The notes under the pieces: generated by a model
Databases searched by the model: none
Told to the model about the DNA's origin: nothing
The model's input: the letters and a program-made list of their open reading frames with translations, nothing else
Virus record (IMG/VR): IMGVR_UViG_2579779067_000001
Length of the DNA: 54,751 nt
From: a virus
Lineage: Duplodnaviria; Heunggongvirae; Uroviricota; Caudoviricetes
Reading direction: 5' to 3' (one strand)
Made by a program: the position numbers and the translations under genes
Shown: one piece after another, positions 9,493 to 18,466 of the stretch
Layout: every line of letters begins with the position of its first letter
Position numbering within the stretch: position 1 is the stretch's first letter

Positions 9493-9983
9493 TCATGAGT
9501 CTGTTAAATGACGTTCAGAAATTCATTGAAGCCCATCCGGGGTGTACTTCCGGAGACATTGCTGATGCTTTTGCTGGTTACTCACGGCAGCGCGTTCTGC
9601 AGTCAGCAAGCAAGTTACGTCAGAGTGGGCGTGTGGCTCACCGTTGTGAAGGGGATACACGCAGACATTTCCCGCGCCTGACTGAGAGAGCGCAGGAGCC
9701 GGAACCACAACCAGTTCGTGAAACCAGACCTGTGCGCAATTTCTATGTCGGCACTAACGACCCCCGGGTGATTTTGTGCCTGACCCGCCAGGCTGAAGAA
9801 CTGGAGTCCAGGGGCTTATTCCGTCGAGCTGCAACGGTGTGGATGGAGGCATTCCGTGAAAGCCACTCCCAGCCAGAACGAAACAATTTTCTGGCGCATC
9901 GAGAGCGGTGCTTACGGAAAAGCAGCAAGCGCGCTGCATCGGGTGAAGAGTGGTATCTGTCAGGGAATTACGTGGGGGCTTAA
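9489..9983 (+). CDS. hypothetical regulator, C-terminal PerC/ANR-like motif
   Basis: 164 aa; LESRGLFRRAATVWMEAF resembles the PerC-family signature (memory). Confidence 0.4.
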   Translation: MIMSLLNDVQKFIEAHPGCTSGDIADAFAGYSRQRVLQSASKLRQSGRVAHRCEGDTRRHFPRLTERAQEPEPQPVRETRPVRNFYVGTNDPRVILCLTRQAEELESRGLFRRAATVWMEAFRESHSQPERNNFLAHRERCLRKSSKRAASGEEWYLSGNYVGA

Positions 9984-10636
9984 TGAGTAATAAATATTGC
10001 CAGGCGCTGGTGGAGCTGCGGAACAAACCAGCCCATGAACTGAAGGAAGTGGGCGATCAGTGGCGCACGCCGGACAACATTTTCTGGGGAATTAACACCC
10101 TGTTTGGCCCGTTTGTTCTGGATCTGTTCACTGATGGTGATAACGCCAAATGTGCCGCTTATTACACTGCGGAAGACAACGCGCTGGCGCATGACTGGTC
10201 AGAACGTCTTGTGGAGCTTAAAGGTGCTGCCTTTGGTAATCCCCCGTACAGCCGCGCCAGTCAGCATGAGGGGCAATACATCACCGGCATGCGTTACATC
10301 ATGAAACATGCCAGTGCTATGCGTGATAAAGGCGGGCGCTATGTTTTCCTGATCAAAGCTGCCACCAGCGAAGTTTGGTGGCCGGAAGATGCAGACCATA
10401 TTGCTTTTATTCGCGGGCGTATTGGTTTTGAACTGCCAGCCTGGTTTATCCCGAAGGATGAGAAGCAGGTGCCGACAGGAGCTTTCTTCGCTGGTGCTAT
10501 TGCTGTTTTCGACAAGACCTGGAAGGGACCGGCAATCAGCTACATCGGGCGCGATGAACTTGAGGCATGTGGTGAGGCCTTTCTGGCGCAGGTTCGCCAG
10601 CAGGCAGAAAAACTGGTCAGGGAGATGGTGGCATGA
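9983..10636 (+). CDS. phage DNA N6-adenine methyltransferase (Dam-like orphan MTase)
   Basis: internal ATG at 9983 (TAATG overlap, GGGGG SD); NPPY motif (FGNPPYS); phage N6-adenine-methyltransferase family look. Confidence 0.8.
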   Translation: MSNKYCQALVELRNKPAHELKEVGDQWRTPDNIFWGINTLFGPFVLDLFTDGDNAKCAAYYTAEDNALAHDWSERLVELKGAAFGNPPYSRASQHEGQYITGMRYIMKHASAMRDKGGRYVFLIKAATSEVWWPEDADHIAFIRGRIGFELPAWFIPKDEKQVPTGAFFAGAIAVFDKTWKGPAISYIGRDELEACGEAFLAQVRQQAEKLVREMVA

Positions 10637-10959
10637 CGACGTTAACTCAATGCCAGCAGCAGGTGCTGGATATGCTGATTTCTTATCAGAAAGAACGTGG
10701 CTTCCCGCCAACCAATCAGGAGGTGGCAACCATGCTGGGATACCGTTCAGTGAATGCAGCGGTAGAACATCTTCGCGCACTGGAGAAAAAAGGCGTCATC
10801 ACGATAAAGCGTGGCGTGGCCCTGGGCATCACGCTTCATACCGCGGTGAAGGACGACGACAGCGAGGCGGTCGGGATTATCCGCTCACTGCTTGTCGGTG
10901 AGGAAAACGCCAGGCTGCGTGCAGCCCACTGGTTACATGAGAGGGGCCTGAAAGTATGA
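10633..10959 (+). CDS. LexA N-terminal DNA-binding-domain protein (no peptidase domain)
   Basis: 108 aa; QQQVLDMLISYQKERGFPPTNQEVATMLGYRSVNAAVEHLRALEKKGVI parallels LexA [50 protein letters not shown]. Confidence 0.7.
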   Translation: MTTLTQCQQQVLDMLISYQKERGFPPTNQEVATMLGYRSVNAAVEHLRALEKKGVITIKRGVALGITLHTAVKDDDSEAVGIIRSLLVGEENARLRAAHWLHERGLKV

Positions 10960-11345
10960 AGCTGATCCTGCCTTTCCCGCCCAGCGTGAACACGTACTGG
11001 CGACACCCCAACAAAGGGGCGTTTGCAGGTAAGAGCCTGATAAGCGCGGCGGGGCGCAAATTCCAGAGCGCGGCGTGTGCAGCAATAGTTGAGCAGTTAC
11101 GTCGTCTGCCAAAACCAACGTCGGCACCTGCTTCAGTGGAGATCGTGTTGTTTCCTCCGGATAACCGGATCCGCGATCTGGACAACTATAACAAGGCGCT
11201 GTTTGACGCCCTGACCCACGCGGGTGTGTGGGAAGACGACAGTCAGGTGAAAAGAATGCTGGTGGAGTGGGGACCGGTTATCCCGGAAGGGAAGGTCGAG
11301 ATCACTATCAGTAAGTACGAGAAAACGGCGGGTGCAGCCGCCTGA
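10956..11345 (+). CDS. rusA: Holliday junction resolvase RusA
   Basis: 129 aa; typical RusA N-terminus MKLILPFPPSVNTYW and size. Confidence 0.85.
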   Translation: MKLILPFPPSVNTYWRHPNKGAFAGKSLISAAGRKFQSAACAAIVEQLRRLPKPTSAPASVEIVLFPPDNRIRDLDNYNKALFDALTHAGVWEDDSQVKRMLVEWGPVIPEGKVEITISKYEKTAGAAA

Positions 11346-11364
11346 TTAAGAGGAGAAACGAAGA

Positions 11365-12162
11365 ATGAATAATCTGATGGTCATTGATGGTATTGAAGTT
11401 CGTCGTGATGCTTATGGTCGTTACAGCCTGAACGATCTGCACAGGGCTGCCGGTTCTCTGGATAAGCATAAGCCTGCATTCTGGCTCCGCAATGAGCAAA
11501 CTGAACGTTTAATAAGCGAGTTGCAGATTTGCAACTCGGTCAATATAGAGCCAGTTAACGTTATTCGTGGCGGAAATAACCAGGGGACGTATGTCTGCAA
11601 AGAACTGGTGTATGCCTATGCAATGTGGATCAGCCCGTCATTCCATCTGAAGGTGATCCGTACTTTCGACATGGTAACCAGCGCACCTGAAAAATTATCC
11701 GGACAGGCTGCTGACAAGATGCAGGCTGGCGTGATTCTGCTGGACTTTATGCGCCGGGAATTAAACCTGTCTAACTCATCAGTGCTTGGTGCCTGTCAGA
11801 AACTCCAGGAGGCTGTTGGCTTACCGAATCTGGCACCGCGCTATGCCATTGATGCTCCTGCTGACGCGCCTGATGGCTCAAGTCGCCCCACGCTGTCGCT
11901 GAGTGCACTGCTGAAACAGTATGGTATCCGCCTGACGGCTAATCAGGCATATCACCAGATGGTGAAGCTGGGGATCGTCGAGCAGCGCGAACGATACAGC
12001 CGTACCGCGATTAACAACATCAAAAAATTCTGGTCGCTGACAGCGAAAGGCTGCATGTTCGGCAAGAACATCACCAGTCCCGCAAATCCGCGCGAGACGC
12101 AGCCGCATTTCTTCGAATCCCGATTCCCTGAGCTGTTAAAGCTGCTCGATACCGTTCATTGA
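11365..12162 (+). CDS. KilA-N domain protein (antirepressor-like)
   Basis: 265 aa; N-terminal KilA-N pattern (MVIDGIEVRRDAYGRYSLNDL). Confidence 0.65.
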   Translation: MNNLMVIDGIEVRRDAYGRYSLNDLHRAAGSLDKHKPAFWLRNEQTERLISELQICNSVNIEPVNVIRGGNNQGTYVCKELVYAYAMWISPSFHLKVIRTFDMVTSAPEKLSGQAADKMQAGVILLDFMRRELNLSNSSVLGACQKLQEAVGLPNLAPRYAIDAPADAPDGSSRPTLSLSALLKQYGIRLTANQAYHQMVKLGIVEQRERYSRTAINNIKKFWSLTAKGCMFGKNITSPANPRETQPHFFESRFPELLKLLDTVH

Positions 12163-12163
12163 G

Positions 12164-13159
12164 GTGACCGTGAGAGCACTACTGACTTCTGAAATTGCCC
12201 CGCGTATGGGGATCGTATTGTTCAGGCCAGGTTCAGAGCTGATGCCCCTGTTTATGCAGGGGCGTGTCCTGCTGGAGCCTGAGCCGGAACGTTATTCATC
12301 TTTCGCCAGTGGTGCCGTTCCGGCGGCATCACAACCGCTGGTGGATGATCCTGCCGTTCGGGCCGTGTTCCGCAATGAGGCAGTGATCCGTCGTGCTGGT
12401 GGCGTGGAATGTCTTGAAAGCTGGTTACTTCGTGAAAAGGGCTGTCAGTGGCCTCATTCCGACTGGCACAGCGAGAACATTACCACAATGCGACACGCTC
12501 CGGGCGCAATCCGTCTGTGCTGGCACTGCGATAACCAGCTGCGCGATCAGTTCACGGAACGGCTGGAATCAATGGCAACGGATAACTGTGCCCGCTGGGT
12601 GTTGTCTGTTGTGCGTCGGGATCTCGGTTTTGATGACAGTCACGTTGTGACAATGCCGGAACTGTGCTGGTGGCTGATTCGTAATGACCTGGCGGATGCC
12701 TTACCGGAAAGTGCAGCCCGTAAGGCACTGAGATTACCGAAGCCTGTTGTGCCGTCTGTCACCCGGGAAAGTGACCTTGTGCCTTCGGTTCCTGCCACCA
12801 GCATCATCCAGGATAAGGCGAAAAAGATGCTGGCGCTGAAAGTGGATCCGGAGTCGCCGGAGTCTTTTATGTTACGCCCCAAACGTCGCCGCTGGGTTAA
12901 TGAAAAGTACACGCGCTGGGTTAAGACGCAGCCGTGCGCATGTTGTGGAAAGCCTGCTGATGATGCCCACCACCTGATAGGTCACGGTCAGGGTGGAATG
13001 GGTACAAAAGCGCATGACCTTTTTGTGTTGCCTTTGTGCAGAAAGCATCACGACGAGCTGCATGCGGATACCGTGGTATTTGAAGAGAAGTATGGCTCCC
13101 AGTTGGAGCTGATATTTCGTTTTATTGATCGTGCGCTGGCAATTGGCGTGCTGGCCTGA
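12164..13159 (+). CDS. prophage protein with C-terminal Cys/His zinc-binding nuclease-like domain (DUF968/YbcO-like)
   Basis: 331 aa; GTG start; C-terminal CACCGKPADDAHHL...CRKHHDELH motif; nin-region position before Q. Confidence 0.5.
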   Translation: MTVRALLTSEIAPRMGIVLFRPGSELMPLFMQGRVLLEPEPERYSSFASGAVPAASQPLVDDPAVRAVFRNEAVIRRAGGVECLESWLLREKGCQWPHSDWHSENITTMRHAPGAIRLCWHCDNQLRDQFTERLESMATDNCARWVLSVVRRDLGFDDSHVVTMPELCWWLIRNDLADALPESAARKALRLPKPVVPSVTRESDLVPSVPATSIIQDKAKKMLALKVDPESPESFMLRPKRRRWVNEKYTRWVKTQPCACCGKPADDAHHLIGHGQGGMGTKAHDLFVLPLCRKHHDELHADTVVFEEKYGSQLELIFRFIDRALAIGVLA

Positions 13160-13173
13160 TTTGGTGGAGAAAG

Positions 13174-13524
13174 TTGATGCGTGATATGTATGAAGTATTG
13201 GACCGCTGGGGAGCATGGGCTGCAGCAGAAAATAGTGGTGTGGACTGGCAGCCGATAGCGGCTGGTTTCAAGGGACTTTTACCACACGGTAAAAAGTCAC
13301 GTCTCCAGTGTGATGATGATGAAGGCATCATGATAGATAGTTGTGTGGCTAGGTTGCGTAAATATAAGCCGGAAGAGTATGAGCTGATAATTGCTCACTT
13401 TGTTATCGGTATCTCATTACGCACTATTGCGAAGAAGAGAAAATGCTCTGATGGGACTATAAGAAAAAAGTTGCAAGCTGCATTGGGATTTATTGATGCA
13501 GTTATATATATAATACATGGGTAA
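13174..13524 (+). CDS. antitermination protein Q (QuuD-like small Q)
   Basis: 116 aa; strong resemblance to DLP12 QuuD (LERWGAWAA...IAAGFKGL...RLQCDDD); position just before lysis module. Confidence 0.75.
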   Translation: MMRDMYEVLDRWGAWAAAENSGVDWQPIAAGFKGLLPHGKKSRLQCDDDEGIMIDSCVARLRKYKPEEYELIIAHFVIGISLRTIAKKRKCSDGTIRKKLQAALGFIDAVIYIIHG

Positions 13525-13531
13525 TTTATTA

Positions 13532-13550
13532 GACGGCCATATTGGCCGTC
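13532..13550. terminator. bidirectional hairpin between convergent Q and moron genes
   Basis: perfect inverted repeat GACGGCCA-TAT-TGGCCGTC in AT-rich context. Confidence 0.5.
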
Positions 13551-14736
13551 AGCTAAATAAATATGTAATAGCATAAGGCGTAAGTAAAAAGTAGAATCTA
13601 AATGTAAGATATAAGCCACATAAAACTATAATTCCTAATGAGGCAAAAACAACTTTCTGAACAAGCAATCTTGTGGTTAAACTATCAAATGTATCCTTTA
13701 TATCTTCGTAAATAGCCTTGAAGTTATATTCTGCTTGTTGTTTTTTATGATTTAACTCATCATTTATTGCTGTTAAAGTTTGCCATTGATTAAATAGAAC
13801 AAATAGAATCATAATAGTGAAGAACAATGCACCCAACACTACAGCTGTGTTTATTAATGCTTGACTATCCCAACCATTAGCCTGCTTCATTTGAGTCGCA
13901 ACGATAATTGTTGCGACGGGGATACCTAATATCTGATTTTGTATGTCACTGAATACTTTATGTATTTTCCCCATCTCTTCTATTTTGGCTACTCGTAACT
14001 GATCCAGTATTTTCTCGTAAGAAAAACCAGAAACGAATACTTTGTATCCTTTTTGATAACTTTCATAAAGTTGTCCTAAATCCCTTAACATGAAGGAAAA
14101 AGAGGTTTCTTTAGTTTTAGATTCACATGATGATTTTATACTACTTGCTAAAATAGTAAGTTTTTGATCTTTATGCGTATCTTCTGCAAAGTTTGCGATC
14201 AAATTATGAATCAGATCTCCATTAACATTCATAAGATCATCGCTAGAATAATTTACTGGAATTTTTAGTACGTTGGATTCGACGAATACCAATTCAAAAT
14301 TTGTTTCATCTAAATAAGCAGAACAATCTTTGAATAAAGTAATTAAGCTCAAAACATCTCTGTACTTGGATATAATAGCAGGCGACTTTTTATCCCTGTT
14401 GTGATAATTAAGTTCGATTATAAAGAAGTTACTGGCTTCCTTTATCCTATTTTTAGGATTTTTTAAATACTCATTAAAAGAGAAATGTAGCTGCCCCAAT
14501 CGTAATTTGGGGGGGGTTATATGTAAGGTTATAGTTTGGCCTAACTCAATGTTGCCAGATTCAAGGGTGATGCCAAAATCATGGGGATTCTCTGTGATAT
14601 CGTTGATGATGTCACAGAGCTCCTCGTTTGAAAGAATGAGTGATGCTTCAGATAGGGTACCTGCAAATGTAGCGGCCTTGTAAATAGTCACTAAGTCTTT
14701 GAAGGTTCTCTGATTGTTACTGCTCATCCTCTTCAC
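13549..14736 (-). CDS. membrane protein of unknown function (soluble N-terminal domain + 2-3 C-terminal TM helices)
   Basis: 395-aa ORF; AT-rich; hydrophobic segments ALINTAVVLGALFFTIMILFVLF and VVFASLGIIVLCGLYLTFRFYFLL; 20-nt overlap with upstream gene. Confidence 0.7.
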   Translation of the reverse strand: MKRMSSNNQRTFKDLVTIYKAATFAGTLSEASLILSNEELCDIINDITENPHDFGITLESGNIELGQTITLHITPPKLRLGQLHFSFNEYLKNPKNRIKEASNFFIIELNYHNRDKKSPAIISKYRDVLSLITLFKDCSAYLDETNFELVFVESNVLKIPVNYSSDDLMNVNGDLIHNLIANFAEDTHKDQKLTILASSIKSSCESKTKETSFSFMLRDLGQLYESYQKGYKVFVSGFSYEKILDQLRVAKIEEMGKIHKVFSDIQNQILGIPVATIIVATQMKQANGWDSQALINTAVVLGALFFTIMILFVLFNQWQTLTAINDELNHKKQQAEYNFKAIYEDIKDTFDSLTTRLLVQKVVFASLGIIVLCGLYLTFRFYFLLTPYAITYLFS

Positions 14737-15751
14737 CTAATTCTGATAAGATCTCTGATCTTAGCGTATCCGGAATCTCGGTAAGTATCAATTTATCGTT
14801 TTCTGAATCATAAAGAACGCTGCCATCATGCAAGGCCGCACGCTCGAATTTCAGAGACCAATGTTTGGACTTTCCTTTGAAACTAACAAGCCCACGTATA
14901 ACGTTGCCATCAGGCACGAACCCATCAGAGAACTCCAGATCGTCATTGGTTAACTTTTCAACTAACAACTCAGGAGCAGTTGGCCATATCTCGTTTGCAA
15001 AAATTTGAGTGTCGAAAGTTTCACCAGAACGATTTAAATTTTTTAATTTTTCATGAGCCTTATTTAGGAACTCTTCACGTGCCTCTGGTTCAAAACCTCT
15101 TTCAGTAGCAAATTCTAAAAGTGCATTCCGTAATTTTGTTGTTTCTTGTTTGGCAATTAGAATATCGTTGCAACCTAAAAACTTTTTGAAATAACCTGCT
15201 ACTGAATTTTGCCCCTTTAGAAAGCTAATATATCTCTCTTTGCCATTCTGGCGCCCAGTTAAGTCAATTCGTCCCGCTACTCGAAGTTTAGCAATGTCTA
15301 GATATTCACTTTCTTGAATTTCAAAATCGTGGACTGAAGAGCCAACTGCTGATGTTAGGATTGCAACCATCAAATAATGATTTCCATTTACCTCATTATG
15401 GGCAATTATTACATAACCACCAGTAGACATTGATTCATCATCGGCTCTGGCTTTTAAATGATTGATCATTCGGATACTAGTATCATAAAAACTATGTGTT
15501 TTATTTACGAAATAATCATCAACGATATTACCCATAGGGTAACTATCGCGGTCATCTTCAAATTTCCCATATCCTTTACCTGCTCTCCCAGAGTACCTTT
15601 CAGTAAGTGCGTTAGAGAGGTCTTTTGATGCTTGCTGAACAGGTTTTTCTGAAGGACAAGGAATAATGGTGGCTAACCCCTGTTGTTCCTTGTTCATAAT
15701 GTGAACAATAAACTTATGAGTGATATTAGTGGGGGTCGCTGATGCAGTCAT
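14717..15751 (-). CDS. YejK/NdpA-family nucleoid-associated protein homolog
   Basis: 344 aa; by-eye alignment to E. coli YejK (GGYVIIAHNEVNGNHYLMVAILTS vs [30 protein letters not shown]...ERYISFLKG vs RIDLTE...TRYLTFLKG); AGGA SD before ATG. Confidence 0.75.
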   Translation of the reverse strand: MTASATPTNITHKFIVHIMNKEQQGLATIIPCPSEKPVQQASKDLSNALTERYSGRAGKGYGKFEDDRDSYPMGNIVDDYFVNKTHSFYDTSIRMINHLKARADDESMSTGGYVIIAHNEVNGNHYLMVAILTSAVGSSVHDFEIQESEYLDIAKLRVAGRIDLTGRQNGKERYISFLKGQNSVAGYFKKFLGCNDILIAKQETTKLRNALLEFATERGFEPEAREEFLNKAHEKLKNLNRSGETFDTQIFANEIWPTAPELLVEKLTNDDLEFSDGFVPDGNVIRGLVSFKGKSKHWSLKFERAALHDGSVLYDSENDKLILTEIPDTLRSEILSELGEEDEQ

Positions 15752-15867
15752 AACAACATCCTTTTAATGGTTTTGAACAATTGGTGTTGATAATACTTCA
15801 AAAAATACTAATGCGTACGCAAAAAATACAGTACTCTGTTAAGAGTGGTTACTTCGCCACACAGCTT

Positions 15868-15897
15868 AAACCCGCCGTCGAGCGGGTTTTGTCGTTT
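15868..15897 (+). terminator. tR'-like rho-independent terminator upstream of holin (Q target region)
   Basis: AACCCGC-CGTCGA-GCGGGTTTT hairpin plus T-run, about 150 nt upstream of holin. Confidence 0.5.
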
Positions 15898-16041
15898 CTG
15901 GGCTTTGGTATTCGTTGGGCTTGGTCTATCTAGCTCTTATCCATTGGCTCGGCTTCTTTTACGTTTCCGCTTCTGATTTGCGGTTCGTGGTACTCCCTCA
16001 ATTTGCACCTCTTGTATCGGCGAGGTGAGAGATAACTACAA

Positions 16042-16368
16042 ATGCCTCATAACCCAAATACTTGGCTGGAGTTGGTCCAGAGCTGGTGGCGTGGAGACAC
16101 ACCGCTGGGCGCAGTGATTATGTCGATTGTTATGGCTGGTTTGCGCATTGCCTATTTTGGCGGTGGTGGTGGCTGGAAGCGAAAAACACTCGAAATTCTA
16201 CTCTGTGGCGCTCTGACGCTGACTTTTGCATCCGCTCTTGAGTATGTCGGATGGCCTAAATCGCTTTCTGTTGCCATTGGTGGTGGGGTGGGGCTGATCG
16301 GTGTCGATGCTATTCGTGGGGCTGCAATGAGAGTAATCGGTAATAAGTTTGGTGGCTCTAAGGAGTAA
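16042..16368 (+). CDS. holin (lambda S-like)
   Basis: 108 aa; hydrophobic helices and charged C-terminus; precedes endolysin. Confidence 0.8.
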   Translation: MPHNPNTWLELVQSWWRGDTPLGAVIMSIVMAGLRIAYFGGGGGWKRKTLEILLCGALTLTFASALEYVGWPKSLSVAIGGGVGLIGVDAIRGAAMRVIGNKFGGSKE

Positions 16369-16371
16369 TTT

Positions 16372-16848
16372 ATGCAGGTACTAAATTCCCAGCGTAAAGC
16401 TTTCCTCGATATGGTGGCATGGTCAGAAGGAACGGATAACGGGCGACAACCGACACGTAACCACGGTTATGATGTGATTGTTGGTGGCGAACTGTTCACT
16501 GATTACTCCGATCACCCTCGCAAACTTGTCACGCTAAACCCAAAACTCAAATCAACAGCCGCCGGACGTTACCAGCTTCTTTCCCGTTGGTGGGATGCCT
16601 ACCGTAAGCAGCTTGGCCTGAAAGACTTCTCTCCAAAAAGCCAGGACGCTGTGGCATTGCAGCAGATTAAGGAGCGTGGCGCTTTACCGATGATTGATCG
16701 CGGTGATATTCGTCAGGCTATCGACCGTTGCAGCAATATCTGGGCTTCACTGCCGGGCGCTGGTTATGGCCAGTTCGAGCATAAGGCTGACAGCCTGATT
16801 GCAAAATTCAAAGAGGCTGGCGGAACGGTCAGAGAGATTAAGGTATGA
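16372..16848 (+). CDS. endolysin (lambda R-like lytic transglycosylase)
   Basis: 158 aa; near-identical in pattern to lambda R ([20 protein letters not shown]...). Confidence 0.95.
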   Translation: MQVLNSQRKAFLDMVAWSEGTDNGRQPTRNHGYDVIVGGELFTDYSDHPRKLVTLNPKLKSTAAGRYQLLSRWWDAYRKQLGLKDFSPKSQDAVALQQIKERGALPMIDRGDIRQAIDRCSNIWASLPGAGYGQFEHKADSLIAKFKEAGGTVREIKV

Positions 16849-17282
16849 GCAGAGTCACCGCGATTATCTCTGCTCTGATTATCTGCATCATCGTCTGCCT
16901 GTCATGGGCTGTTAATCATTACCGTGATAACGCCATCGCCTACAAAGAGCAGCGCGATAAAGCCACATCCATCATCGCTGACATGCAGAAGCGTCAACGT
17001 GATGTAGCAGAACTCGACGCCAGATATACAAAGGAGCTTGCTGATGCTAACGCGACTATCGAAAGTCTCCGTGCTGATGTTTCTGCTGGGCGTAAGCGCC
17101 TGCAAGTCGCCGCCACCTGTGCAAAGTCAACGACCGGAGCCAGCAGCATGGGCGATGGAGAAAGCCCAGGACTTACAGCAGATGCTGAACTCAATTATTA
17201 CCGTCTCCGAAGTGGAATCGACAGGATAACCGCGCAGGTTAACTACCTGCAGGAATACATCAGGACGCAATGCCTTCGATGA
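16845..17282 (+). CDS. i-spanin Rz
   Basis: 145 aa; N-terminal TM helix, coiled-coil; lambda Rz-like. Confidence 0.85.
   Translation: MSRVTAIISALIICIIVCLSWAVNHYRDNAIAYKEQRDKATSIIADMQKRQRDVAELDARYTKELADANATIESLRADVSAGRKRLQVAATCAKSTTGASSMGDGESPGLTADAELNYYRLRSGIDRITAQVNYLQEYIRTQCLR
17038..17229 (+). CDS. o-spanin Rz1 (embedded in Rz, +1 frame)
   Basis: lipobox LLGVSAC followed by Pro-rich stretch; embedded in Rz as in lambda. Confidence 0.6.
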   Translation: MLMLTRLSKVSVLMFLLGVSACKSPPPVQSQRPEPAAWAMEKAQDLQQMLNSIITVSEVESTG

Positions 17283-17532
17283 TAGCGATAATTTTACTCA
17301 TCATCCTTCACATCTGGCTCTGTAGACAGGGTGGTGCTTACTTCTGGAGCGAATCCAGATTAAACATCTCATTGCTGATGCTTGATATTGAGCATCTGGC
17401 GCGCGGTAAGGGCTGTGTTGAGATAAGTGCCAGTTCATTACAAAGCTATATCTAATGGAGCCTGAAATAATTTGTCATTGTCATGACAAGAAAATTCATT
17501 AATGATGAGCTCTCATTATACGGGAGGTAGAT

Positions 17533-17781
17533 ATGGCATTTCGTTATTTTGAACTTACCGAAAATATTCCTTTTGAGGATGCAAGAGAGCTTCACGTACA
17601 GTTCAAACACCACTTAGAATATGTTGTAAAGGCGTTATTTATGCCAGGAACACATGAAAAGCATTTAATTGTTGAAGGCCGGGATGACGAATCGATAACA
17701 CAGATATTTGGTGGGCATGATGAAAAGTTTATGCATCTTTATCATATCGATGAATATGAAAAACGTGAAGACTTAATCTAA
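17533..17781 (+). CDS. hypothetical small acidic protein
   Basis: 82-aa ORF with GGGAGG SD; AT-rich; between lysis and packaging modules. Confidence 0.4.
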   Translation: MAFRYFELTENIPFEDARELHVQFKHHLEYVVKALFMPGTHEKHLIVEGRDDESITQIFGGHDEKFMHLYHIDEYEKREDLI

Positions 17782-17896
17782 CCTCCTACGACTGTTTTTA
17801 TTGCCATCATAAAAGCCATTCCTTGCAGAGTGGCTTTGATAATGGATATCCCAACAAGCGGATAAGACAATAAATATACCCACCAGGGGATAAACA

Positions 17897-18142
17897 ATGT
17901 CTAAAATCACGGTTACACCTGCATAGCAGATCCGCTTAAACCTGCTGGCGAAACTGAACTATGACACCGCCGCTGCAGCAGACGCGATTAAGTTTGTTGG
18001 TGAGGATCCGTTGAAGTATCAAATCTTTGTGAACCAGTTAAGCTGGGTAACATCTGAAAGCGGGCTGGTAGCCAGAACGACGAAAGCTATCAAAGAGTCG
18101 GAAGACACACTACTGTGGTTTGAAGCTGAATCTGGTTCATAA
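17897..18142 (+). pseudogene. hypothetical gene interrupted by in-frame TAG at codon 10 (17924-17926)
   Basis: ATG with AGGGGA SD; MSKITVTPA*QIRLNLLAKLNYDTAAAADAIKFVGEDPLKYQIFVNQLSWV...; frame open to TAA at 18140. Confidence 0.45.
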
Positions 18143-18190
18143 GTGAATGAATGTGGTAATTTAATCCTCCGCAAAAAAAAGGGGATAAAA

Positions 18191-18412
18191 ATGCCAAAGA
18201 ATGTCATAGCTATTTTACCGGGTGACGCGTTTGATCATGTTGTTGTCCAGGACGACCTGGAGATTGTTACCTTCAGGGGTGACAAGGGCGGCGTGCTTAC
18301 TATGCCTATCGAGGAGTACGAACTAGACGGGATAAGTTATAACGTCGCACGTTGTGACGGTATGGTCACTGACGAAAAAGTTGAGAAGGCTATCAGACAC
18401 TTCACCAAGTAA
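18191..18412 (+). CDS. hypothetical small protein
   Basis: internal ATG of track ORF 18143..18412 with AAGGGG SD; followed by terminator. Confidence 0.4.
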   Translation: MPKNVIAILPGDAFDHVVVQDDLEIVTFRGDKGGVLTMPIEEYELDGISYNVARCDGMVTDEKVEKAIRHFTK

Positions 18413-18430
18413 TAATCAGCTTCCGAACCA

Positions 18431-18453
18431 AGCCTCGCAATAGCGAGGCTTTT
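18431..18453 (+). terminator. rho-independent terminator
   Basis: GCCTCGC-AATA-GCGAGGC hairpin followed by TTTTT. Confidence 0.65.
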
Positions 18454-18466
18454 TAACGACAGAGGT

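Noticed and set aside
13549-15751. Shiga toxin or another known toxin cargo in the Q-S slot
   Set aside because: Neither product resembles StxA/StxB by size or sequence (memory); the upstream gene looks like YejK/NdpA instead.
17270-17455. 61-aa ORF overlapping the end of Rz
   Set aside because: Different frame overlapping the Rz stop, no SD; likely spurious.
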